Shown here: positions 1 through 7,262 of the stretch, in pieces
Numbering within the stretch: the stretch's first letter is position 1
Layout: every line of letters begins with the position of its first letter
NCBI RefSeq assembly: GCF_006345805.1
Contig: NW_021828550.1
Span: 1 to 8,032 of the forward strand
DNA from: Octopus sinensis
Lineage: Eukaryota
Direction of reading: 5' to 3'
DNA length: 8,032 nucleotides
Notes under the pieces: model-generated
The model's input: the letters and a program-made list of their open reading frames with translations, nothing else
The model's database searches: none
Told to the model about the DNA's origin: nothing
Translations under genes and position numbers: made by a program

Positions 1-61
1 AGAGAAGAAGAACAACAACAACAGAACAACAACAAAAACAACAACAATAAAATTTATAATG

Positions 62-105
<44 letters not shown>
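1..105. repeat. Compound microsatellite (AAG)/(AAC)n/(AAT)n; the (AAT)n part at 62-105 is probably the (ATT)n tail of the adjacent minus-strand SINE
   Basis: Seen directly: aacaacaac runs at 11-47 and an uninterrupted ataataat run at 62-105 abutting ccttt ctgcaataggcacaa. Confidence 0.9.
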
Positions 106-255
106 CCTTTCTGCAATAGGCACAATGTAACTCGTACTTATTTCGTCGACCCCGAAAGAATGAAAGTGAAAGTCGAATCTCAGAATGTGAAGCTGAAAGA
201 AATGCTGTTAAGATCGTTGTCCGCTGTGTTAACGTTTGTGCCACCTCACCGTCTT
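106..255 (-). mobile_element. Degenerate family-B tRNA-derived SINE with internal deletions
   Basis: The reverse complement aligns to the + copies at 5491-5704 and 5716-5920 (tcgaccccgaaagaatgaaag, ctcagaatgt, ttaacgtttgtgccacctcaccgtctt). It lacks about 50 bp that is present in the 670-830 copy between cacaa and taactcgtac. Confidence 0.8.
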
Positions 256-669
256 ACTGAGATATAAATAAGGGTTAATACGTCCTTTTATGACGTTGTT
301 ATATAAAATTTAAACAACATTTAAATATTTTTTTTTCTTTCAGATTTAATCTTTACTCACCTGTGATTAATTTAATTATGACACAAAAATACGTAATAGA
401 TTCCTTTGGCCGCAAGTGTGGTGTGAGAGAGGACACAACACACACACACCAGAGAAATTTAATATTTCAATAAATATGAAAGTCACAAGTGTTTTATAAA
501 TTCAGTTTAAAATTATGTATTTTTGAAATTAAATACATTTTTACTTTAGAACTTATTTCAAATAATTGCGGGTGTATTTTGGGTAATAAAAGGGCAATGG
601 AAGGGTTAAGATTTCTTACGATAAATTAGAAGAAATTGTATGAATATCAAGATAATCAATTCTAATATG

Positions 670-830
670 CTTTTCTAATCTAGGCACAAGGCCCGAAATT
701 TTGGGGTAAGGGGGAAAGTCGATTAGATCGACCTCAGTACATAACTGGTACTTAATTTATCAACCCTGAAAGGATGAAAGGCATTGTCGACCTCGGTGGA
801 ATTTTAACTCAGAATGTAAAGACAGACGAA
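670..830 (-). mobile_element. 5'-truncated family-B SINE (3' tail, central domain and B-box region; A-box missing)
   Basis: aggcacaaggcccgaaattttgggg...gtcgattagatcgac...ctggtacttaatttatcaaccctgaaaggatgaaaggcattgtcgacctcggtggaattttaactcagaatgtaaagacagacgaa is the reverse complement of the body of the 5491 and 5716 copies. Confidence 0.85.
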
Positions 831-949
831 CATCAATTTTAATGTTATCTAATTGTGAGTGGGGCTTACAGGTGTTAGGCAGCAACAGGTGTTTTGATGG
901 GAAAGCAGTCTCATGAAAGGGCTCACCAAAATTGAGGTGCACACAGAAA

Positions 950-1260
950 ATATATACATATACAGCCTATGTCTATCAGTGTGTGTGTGGTGTTTGTGTT
1001 TGTGTGTGTGCGCGCACGCACATACACACACATACACACACACTTACACATAAATATATACATATATATGTATAGGTACATATATATATATGCATATGTA
1101 CATATACATATATGCACGTATATCCATACATCTATACATATATATACGTACGTACAAACACACACACACAAATATATATATATAAATGTGTGTACATAAA
1201 AATATATACATGTATATATTTGCATGCATAAACTGTGTATATTACATTTAATATGCATAA
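950..1260. repeat. Low-complexity alternating purine-pyrimidine tract: degenerate (GT)n, (CA)n, (TA)n and (CATA)n
   Basis: Read directly from the sequence. It explains the spurious ORFs 923..1258, 969..1199 and 1044..1229. Confidence 0.9.
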
Positions 1261-1269
1261 ATTATATTG

Positions 1270-1276
<7 letters not shown>

Positions 1277-1307
<31 letters not shown>

Positions 1308-1339
1308 GAGAGAGAGAGACAAAGAAAAAGAGAGACAGT

Positions 1340-1402
<63 letters not shown>
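1277..1402. repeat. Compound microsatellite: (AT)n 1277-1303, (AG)n 1305-1319, (GATA)15 1340-1399
   Basis: Counted directly. Confidence 0.95.
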
Positions 1403-1452
1403 TTGTGATATATGTAATATTTGTTACAAACACATATATATATTCATATGTG

Positions 1453-1454
<2 letters not shown>

Positions 1455-1484
<30 letters not shown>

Positions 1485-1952
1485 TGTATGTATGTATGCA
1501 TGCATGTATGTATGTATGTATGCATGTATGTATGTATGCATGCATGTATGTATGTATGTATGCATGTATGTATGTATGTATGTATGCATGCATGTATGTA
1601 TGTATGTATGCATGCATGCATGTATGTATGTATGCATGCATGTATGCATGTATGCATGTATGTATGTATGTATGCATGTATGTATGTATGTATGTATGCA
1701 TGCATGCATGTATGTATGCATGTATGTATGTATGTATGCATGCATGCATGTATGTATGCATGTATGTATGTATGTATGTATGTATGTATGCATGTATGCA
1801 TGCATGCATGTATGTATGTATGCATGTATGTATGTATGTATGTATGCATGCATGCATGTATGTATGCATGTTGTATATGTATGTATGTATATATGTATGT
1901 ATGCATGTATGTATGCATGCATGTATGTATTTTTGTATGTATGTATGTATGC

Positions 1953-1985
<33 letters not shown>

Positions 1986-2010
1986 TGTATGTATGTATGT
2001 ATGTATGTAT
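1455..2010. repeat. Long (T/C)ATG tetranucleotide array; 104 uninterrupted units at 1455-1870, then a more interrupted, mostly TATG continuation
   Basis: Unit-by-unit parsing of 1455-1870 gives 71 TATG and 33 CATG units with no other variant. It is the source of all the MYVC/HTYI-repeat ORFs. Confidence 0.97.
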
Positions 2011-2271
2011 AGAAATTCTCACCCGCGTAGTTAATACCTCAAACGGAAACTAAGACAGTCACGCCTTAGCACTTCACAATCTACATGGGCTCCAAGACAA
2101 TAACAATTATATTATTAATTACCAATAACTCGTAGGTTTGAATTTTTCCTATGTAAGTTTTTTTTTAGATATTAGACCTCTAAGTTTTATTTACATGTCT
2201 TAGGGCGTAGTCAGATCTAAATCTGGCAACTACAGAAGCTCAAAAGCAAATCACACTACTTTATAAAGTTA

Positions 2272-2655
2272 CTAGCAGTATCGCCCGGCGTTGCTCAGGT
2301 TTGTAAGGGAAATAACTATAAAGCATTTTTAGAGAGTTATAGCCAAAAAATAGCAAAAAATGGAAAAAAATTATGGTAAATTTTTTTTGAGATTAAAAAA
2401 AGGTGGAGTTGAGTCCCCTAGAAGAAGTGTGTGTTTGTGTTTCTACTTCTCGATCCCATGTCGATTTATCGATTTTTTTTCAGAACTGGGGGAACTTTTC
2501 AAAATTTTCGCTGCGTTAGTTTTGAATTATGACATTGGGCTATGTGTGTGTCAAGTTTCATCAGAATCGGTTGAAAGCCGTGGTCAGGGTGAGGGTACAA
2601 GCAAACAGACACACAGAAACACGCACAGACAAACTGCCGTTTATATAGAGAGAGA
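2272..2655 (-). mobile_element. Non-autonomous Helitron (384 bp)
   Basis: On the minus strand it begins A|TCTCTCTCTATATAAACGG (2656|2655) and ends ...CCTGAGCAACGCCGGG-cgatactg-CTAG|T (2272|2271). This gives a 5' TC, an imperfect GC-rich hairpin 8 nt before a 3' CTAG, insertion between A and T, and no TSD, which is the canonical Helitron signature. An (ACAG)-like microsatellite lies near the 5' end (2604-2634). Confidence 0.8.
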
Positions 2656-2695
2656 TTATTAGGTTATGTACCCTACAGGGCCTTTGAAGAAACTG

Positions 2696-3440
2696 TCACT
2701 CCGTCGGTTTCGATGACGTGTGTCCCATGTGACCCGATCAACCGAACAGTTTGCTCATGAAATTAACGTACAAAGGCGTAGGAGTGGCTGTGTGGTAAAT
2801 TTACTTGCTTACAAACCACATGGTTCCGGGTTCAGTCCCACTGCGTGGCACCTTGGACAAGTGTCTTCTACTGTAGCCCCGGGCCGACCAAAGCCTTGTG
2901 AGTGGATTTGGTAGACGGAAACTGAAAAGCAGCCCGCCGTATATAGGTATATATGCATATATGTACGTGTGTGTATATGTTTGTGTTTCTGTGTTTGTCC
3001 TCCGCCAACATCGCTTGACAACTGATGCTGGTGTGTTTACATCCCCGTAACTTAGCGGTTCGGCAAACGAGAACGATAGAATAAGTACTAGGTTTACAAA
3101 GAATAAGTCCTGGGGTCGATTTTCTCGACTAAATGCGGTGCTCCAGCATGGCCGCAGTCAAATGAGTGAAACAAGCAAAAAGGGTAAAGAGTACAAGTGA
3201 CAGAGCACTCTTCAGAAACACGTACCTAAACGTAGTTCTCTCAGTGATTCAGGGTGGTAAAGAATGTGACAAGGGTGGCCCTTTGAATTACCGGTACAAC
3301 TCATTTTTGCCAGCTGAGTCGAGTGGAGAATCGTGATGTAAATTTCTTTGCTCAAGGACAAAACGCCCCGCCGGATATCGAACTCACGCCCTCACGATCG
3401 CGAGCCGAATTAGCCTAACCACTAAGCCACGCGCCTTCAC
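2696..3440 (-). mobile_element. Family-C tRNA-derived SINE (CORE-like central motif), split into 2696-2773 and 3191-3440 by an inserted family-A SINE
   Basis: On the minus strand: A-box TGGCTTAGTGG (3419-3429), B-box-like GAGTTCGATATCC (3373-3385), then GTCCTTGAGCAAAG resembling the CORE ccttgggcaag motif. It is flanked by the direct repeat TTGAAGAAAC at 2684-2693 and 3443-3452, extendable to CC(T)TTGAAGAAAC(T/A)G. Confidence 0.8.
2774..3190 (+). mobile_element. Full-length family-A tRNA-derived SINE (CORE-like, internal TA/GT microsatellite), probably related to the octopus OR/OK SINEs
   Basis: A-box TGGCTGTGTGG (2785-2795), B-box-like GGTTCAGTCCC (2829-2839), CORE-like ACCTTGGACAAGTG (2850-2863) and an A-rich tail. 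TSD GTACAA at 2768-2773 and 3191-3196. High similarity to the reverse complement of 4685-5093. The named-family assignment is from recall only. Confidence 0.9.
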
Positions 3441-3549
3441 CCTTGAAGAAACAGGTCGGTTATGATTTACGAGATCGTTGTTGACGTGGAACTAAACAGC
3501 AACAACAACAAAACCAACAACCATACTAAGTATAACAACGGTAATGGTA

Positions 3550-3785
3550 CAGCAATTCCTCGATTATCGCGGGTGATACGTTCCAAAAACCCCCGCGATA
3601 GGGGAAAATCCGCGAAACTGAAACAGAACTTTACTGTATATATTTATTATTATCATTATAATTTGTATATATTTATTTTATAATGAATTCAACACAACAC
3701 CACAGAGGAAGCGGTGTAAGCTGAAATAATAAGCCACGATATGCGAACCGCGATGGGTGAACCGCGATATAGCGAGGGATTACTG
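3550..3785. mobile_element. pogo/Tigger-like MITE (Tc1/mariner superfamily), 236 bp
   Basis: TA|CAGCAATTCCTCGAT-TATCGCGG (3550-3572) versus the reverse complement of the right end, TA|CAGTAATCCCTCGCTATATCGCGG (3762-3785). TA is present on both sides (3548-3549, 3786-3787). The interior is AT-rich and non-coding. Confidence 0.85.
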
Positions 3786-3939
3786 TAGGTTTGTTTTGCT
3801 TCGAGTCCTTGGTATCATAAAACCAGTTGTTCGGCTTCCATGATGTATAAGTAACGGAGATCACATTTTTTTTCCCCTAAACGGGATGCCGGTCCGTTGC
3901 AGGGCTCAAATAAAGCAATTTTTTAAGCGTAAGAGACAA

Positions 3940-4118
3940 GCCGTTTACCTCGACTGCGGTGCTTGGCTGGTACGTCATTTTACCGATTCAGAAGGGGGCA
4001 AAAGGCAAAGTTGGCCTTGGCGATATCCGTAATCAGGACGTAAGGAGACGGAAGAAATACTGTAATACTGTTAAGCATTTTGCCTGACATCCTAACGATT
4101 CCGCTAGCTCGTCGTCTT
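3940..4118 (-). mobile_element. Old, highly diverged family-B SINE
   Basis: ctggtacgtcattttaccga...aaaggcaaagttggccttggcg...ttaagcattttgcctgacatcctaacgattccgctagctcgtcgtctt matches the reverse complement of the head and body of the 5716 copy. Confidence 0.7.
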
Positions 4119-4251
4119 AATAATAAACGATTACCGTAGCAAAATTTCCCATCTTAGCGGTCGTGCACTCTGCCAGAGGGTGCAATCAATTGTGCCTCGC
4201 ACGATACCCCGCCATTTTAGTTATACGAGGGAGACATTGTAAAATCCTAGA

Positions 4252-4614
4252 TTTTTTATCTTTTATCATTTACCCGTTCCAGTCATTAGACTGCGGCCAT
4301 CCTGGGGCACAGCCCTGAAGAATTTTAAATTAATTGAAGTTTGAAGCCTATTACTTATGTATAGGTCTCTTTTGCCGAACTGCTAAGTTACGGGCTATAA
4401 ACATACTAACATCGGTTGTCAAGCGGTGGAGGGGGACAAACACAAAGACCACACACATATACGATGGGCTTCTTTCAGTTTCCTTTTACCAAATTCACTC
4501 TCAAGGCTTTGTCGGCCCGAGCTTATAGTAGAAGATACTTGCCCAAAGTGGGATTGAACCTGGAATCATATCTTTGTGAAGCAAGCTTCTTACCACATAG
4601 CCACATCTGCACCT
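4252..4614 (-). mobile_element. Diverged family-A SINE
   Basis: Colinear with 4685-5093 (cagtcattagactgcggcca, gccgaactgctaagttacgg, catcggttgtcaagcg, aaggctttgtcggcccga, ttaccacatagccac). It has a ~10-nt deletion near ttgcccaaagtggga. Confidence 0.88.
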
Positions 4615-4684
4615 GTAGTTATTCTATTGCATTCCATTCAACCATTTTCGATCCACTGCAAGATGAATGTCTCAGCACACCATT

Positions 4685-5093
4685 CTTTTACCCCTTTTAT
4701 TTGTTTCAGTTATTTGACTGCGGCCATGCTGGAGCACCGACTTTAGTCGAGCAAATCGACCCCAGGACTTATTCTTTGTAAGCCTAGTACTTATTCTATC
4801 GGTCTCTTTAGCCGAACCGCTAAGTTACGGGACCGTAAACACACAAGCATCGGTTGTCAAGCGATGTTGGGGGACAGACACAGACACACAAACACACACA
4901 CATATATATATACATATACATATATACGACGAGCTTCTTTTAGTTTCCGTCTACCAAATCCACTCACAAGGCTTTGGTCGGCCCGAGGCTATAGTAGAAG
5001 ACATTTGCCCAAGGTGCCACGCAGTGGTACTGAACCCGGAACCATGTGGTTGGTAAGCAAGCTACTTACCACCACACAGCCACTCCTGCGCTT
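4685..5093 (-). mobile_element. Well-preserved full-length family-A SINE
   Basis: Reverse complement of 2774-3190 over its whole length, with an internal (CA)/(TA) microsatellite at 4875-4926. A possible short TSD, CCATT, lies at 4680-4684 and 5094-5098. Confidence 0.92.
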
Positions 5094-5331
5094 CCATTAT
5101 CGACTTTTCTATGCTGGTTCTTTGTTCAATTGACCGCAGTAGATATTTGAGGATTTGGATGATTTCACGGTTTATTTCAGTTGGCTAGACTTGGTCGTCT
5201 GCGCACTAATGTGTAATTTGAGTTCAGGATGCAAAGAACTGAAACAGCTGCTACAAAGATATTTTGTCCTCCGTCCTAACTATCTATCACCCAATCCATC
5301 ACCCAAGAGTATGGTATTTCATGTATTCAAG

Positions 5332-5460
5332 AGAATGGTATTTTATGTATCCTATGATAATGAAAGTATGATTTGAACTCGGCGAGGTTTGAACTTGGGA
5401 TGCTAAAACCCGGTAGTAATACTACAAAAACAACTCTTACGGCACTTTAATAATTCCGCT
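5332..5460 (-). mobile_element. Possible very degenerate family-B SINE remnant
   Basis: gaatggtattttatgtatcc...atgaaagtatgatttgaactcggcgaggtttgaactt loosely matches actggtacttaatttatcaacc...atgaaaggcattgtcgacctcggtggaattttaactc of the 670-830 copy. Confidence 0.4.
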
Positions 5461-5490
5461 CAAGAGAATTCTACCATATTCATCGACATT

Positions 5491-5704
5491 AAGGCAGCGA
5501 TCTGGCAGAAACGTTAAGCACGTTGGGTACAATGCATTTGGTCCATCTCTACATTTTAAGTTCAAATTCCGCCGATGTCGACTTTGCCTTTAACCCCCTT
5601 TCGGAATCGATAAAGTAAGTACCAGCTGATCACTGGGATCGATATAATCGACTTTTCCTCTCCCCCTGAATTGCTGACCTTGTGCTAAAATTTGAAACCA
5701 ATAT
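5491..5704 (+). mobile_element. Family-B tRNA-derived SINE (central domain resembling the MetaSINE domain)
   Basis: A-box-like TGGCAGAAACG (5503-5513), B-box GTTCAAATTCC (5560-5570), then gtcgactttgcctttaacccc...gataaagtaagtaccag. The Meta-domain resemblance is from recall and needs a Dfam/Repbase check. Confidence 0.85.
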
Positions 5705-5715
5705 ACCGAGTAGGT

Positions 5716-5920
5716 AAGGTAGCGAGCTGGCAGAATCGTTAGCGCGTTGGGCAGGTTGCTCAGTGGAATTTCGTCCGTCTTTACTTTCACGGTTCAAATT
5801 TCGCAGAAGCCGACTTTGCCTTTCACCCTTTCCGGGTTGATAAAGCAAGTAGCAATTGAACACTGGGAGTCGATCTAATCCACTTATGCCCTCCCCTCAG
5901 AATTCCAGACTTTCTACTTA
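5716..5920 (+). mobile_element. Second family-B SINE, head-to-tail with the previous copy
   Basis: aaggtagcgagctggcagaatcgttagc (A-box 5728-5738), GGTTCAAATT (5791-5800), gccgactttgcctttcaccctttccgggttgataaagcaagtagc, ctgggagtcgatctaatccac. Confidence 0.85.
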
Positions 5921-6030
5921 CAATATTGAGTAAAACAAGTCAGTGTTTGAAATACTTTTTATTATATATTGTTATTATTGGTCTATTCAATAAGAGTTGA
6001 CATACGATTAATCAACAACAGCGACAGCAG

Positions 6031-6072
6031 AGGCGCAATGGCCCAATAGTTAGGGCAGCGGACTCGCGGTCG
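6031..6072 (+). mobile_element. Isolated 5' head fragment of a family-D SINE (tRNA-Arg-like)
   Basis: aggcgcaatggcccaatagttagggcagcggactcgcggtcg is nearly the reverse complement of 6970-7003. No recognisable body follows. Confidence 0.75.
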
Positions 6073-6147
6073 CATGTTGTGGTATAAAACCTGGGACCTT
6101 ACAGTTGCAAAAGGAAAATCTTAAGGTTAACCAGTCCATGTCCGGTA

Positions 6148-6327
6148 GTAAGCTCACTCGTCATCAATTCACCGTAGGGGAAAGTTCCCTGTAAAGAAAG
6201 TTCACCGCAAGGAAAGTTTACGGACAGATAAGTTCACAGGAAAAGAATAAAAACAAAACCATAATTTATTGAGCTCCAATGTGTTCAATCAACGGATTAA
6301 ACGGTAAATTGATGACGGTGAACTTAC
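6148..6327. mobile_element. Small foldback/MITE-like element with ~27-bp terminal inverted repeats and internal ~16-bp tandem repeats
   Basis: GTAAGCTCACTCGTCATCAATTCACCGT (6148-6175) versus the reverse complement of 6301-6327, GTAAGTTCACCGTCATCAATTTACCGT (2 mismatches, 1 gap). AAGTT-initiated units occur at 6182, 6198, 6214 and 6230. Confidence 0.65.
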
Positions 6328-6349
6328 CTGTTATCATCCAACGAGGAAC

Positions 6350-6590
6350 AGATGAAACAGGTACAACTGATGAAGGGGAATATTCTTTATGTTGCATGTC
6401 TCGTTTCTCTGTTTGCTTGTTTTTTCGTTGTTCGAAAAAAAGTTCATTTTCTGTTTTTATTTTTATGCTTTCGTTTCTCATTGTGTTCAGCGTTTTTTTG
6501 ATGCCTTGTACCCATATATGCATGTATATATATACATATCTCTGTAGGTATGTACATATATGTATATATATATATATGCATATATTTATA
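6350..6590 (+). mobile_element. Interspersed repeat homologous to 7781-7995; possible Penelope-like terminal-repeat remnant
   Basis: It shares AGATGAAA-N9/10-CTGA(T/A)GAAGGG, ttctttRtgtt, ttcgt(t)tctcattgtRttc and catatatgcRtgtatat...gtaYgtacatata with 7781-7995, and ends in a TA-rich microsatellite. The Penelope assignment is an inference. Confidence 0.5.
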
Positions 6591-6662
6591 TATAATTTAT
6601 ATTATTATATGATCGAATTCCACGCATCCTTTTCCAAGTGAGTTTTACACACATATATATTC

Positions 6663-6664
<2 letters not shown>

Positions 6665-6712
<48 letters not shown>

Positions 6713-6724
6713 TATTATTATTTA
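6665..6724. repeat. (TTA)n microsatellite, the (TAA)n tail of the adjacent minus-strand family-D SINE
   Basis: Read directly; it abuts tatgcgcacttttcaagcc. Confidence 0.9.
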
Positions 6725-7003
6725 TGCGCACTTTTCAAGCCTAGCCAGGTTCATGGGCTCGGTTTCGCGGTTTCTATGGCGTATGTGCCCCCCCCCCCCA
6801 GCTAGACGGGATGCCAGTCCATCGCAACGTTACTCAAGAAACAAGAAGAAGAGTGAGAGAAGTTGAGGCGAAAGAGCACAACAGAGGTCGCCACCAACCC
6901 CTGCCGGGGCTCGTGGAGTTCAGTAAACACAAAACAACGCCCGGTCTGGGAATCGAAATCGCGATCCTCCGACCGCGAATCCGCTGCCCTAACCACTGGG
7001 CCA
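6725..7003 (-). mobile_element. Near full-length family-D tRNA-derived SINE (tRNA-Arg-like head)
   Basis: On the minus strand: A-box TGGCCCAGTGG (6993-7003), GCGGATTCGCGGTCGGAGGAT resembling the tRNA-Arg anticodon arm, B-box-like ATTTCGATTCC (6949-6959), and body motif CGATGGACTGGCATCCCGTC followed by a G12 run. Confidence 0.85.
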
Positions 7004-7197
7004 GGTTCATAGGCCCGGTTTCCCAGTTTCTGTGGCGTATGTGCCCACCCCCCCCCCCCCCCAGGACGGCCTGCCAGTCCATCGCAACGTTACTCAAGAA
7101 ACAGGAAGAAAGAGTGAGAGAAAGTTGGGGACGAAAGAGCAACACAGGGGTCGCCACCAACCCCTGCCGGAGCCTCGAGGAGCTCAATAAACACACA
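7000..7197 (-). mobile_element. Headless, tailless family-D SINE body fused to the previous copy
   Basis: 7000-7197 is colinear with the sequence from 6744 onward (gccaggttcat, gtccatcgcaacgttactcaagaaaca, gtcgccaccaacccctgccgg). Homology stops at a (CA)/(TA) microsatellite. Confidence 0.85.
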
Positions 7198-7262
7198 CAC
7201 ATATATACAAACGCACACACACATACAAATATATACTTTGCCATTCGATGAAATTATTTCTC

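Noticed and set aside
327-363. Strong + strand acceptor-like tract (T-rich...TTTCAG at 341-343) and a perfect minus-strand donor CAG|GTGAGT at 363-355
   Set aside because: No convincing partner splice site or open frame was found on either strand, and such motifs arise by chance in AT-rich DNA. RNA-seq would be needed.
923-1258. ORFs rich in Cys, Tyr, Ile and His that look superficially metal-binding
   Set aside because: They are products of (TA)/(CA)/(GT) low-complexity sequence.
1220-1262. TTTGCATGCATAAA and TAATATGCATAAATT as POU-type binding sites
   Set aside because: They sit in TA/CA low-complexity sequence where such words are expected by chance.
1248-2053. Six overlapping long ORFs (176-224 aa) on both strands with MYVC/HTYI repeats
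   Set aside because: They are translations of the stop-free (YATG)n microsatellite in every frame, with no domain or codon signature.
4222-4250. TATACGAGGG resembling the start of a mariner TIR
   Set aside because: No matching inverted copy was found in the window, and it is too short to support.
5155-5376. 73-aa ORF in relatively unique sequence with an upstream TTTCAG
   Set aside because: It has no ATG start or recognisable protein similarity, no clear donor site, and its end runs into a degenerate SINE remnant.
6031-6100. Possible tRNA-Arg gene
   Set aside because: There is no intact T-arm/B-box or acceptor stem, and the sequence matches the SINE head at 6970-7003. The same applies to the other tRNA-like heads in the window.
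6148-6240. Regularly spaced short repeats as a CRISPR-like array
   Set aside because: The units are contiguous ~16-bp degenerate tandem repeats without unique spacers, in a eukaryotic context with no cas genes.
6811-7251. 146-aa and 136-aa opposing ORFs
   Set aside because: They lie almost entirely within the family-D SINE dimer and the adjacent microsatellite.
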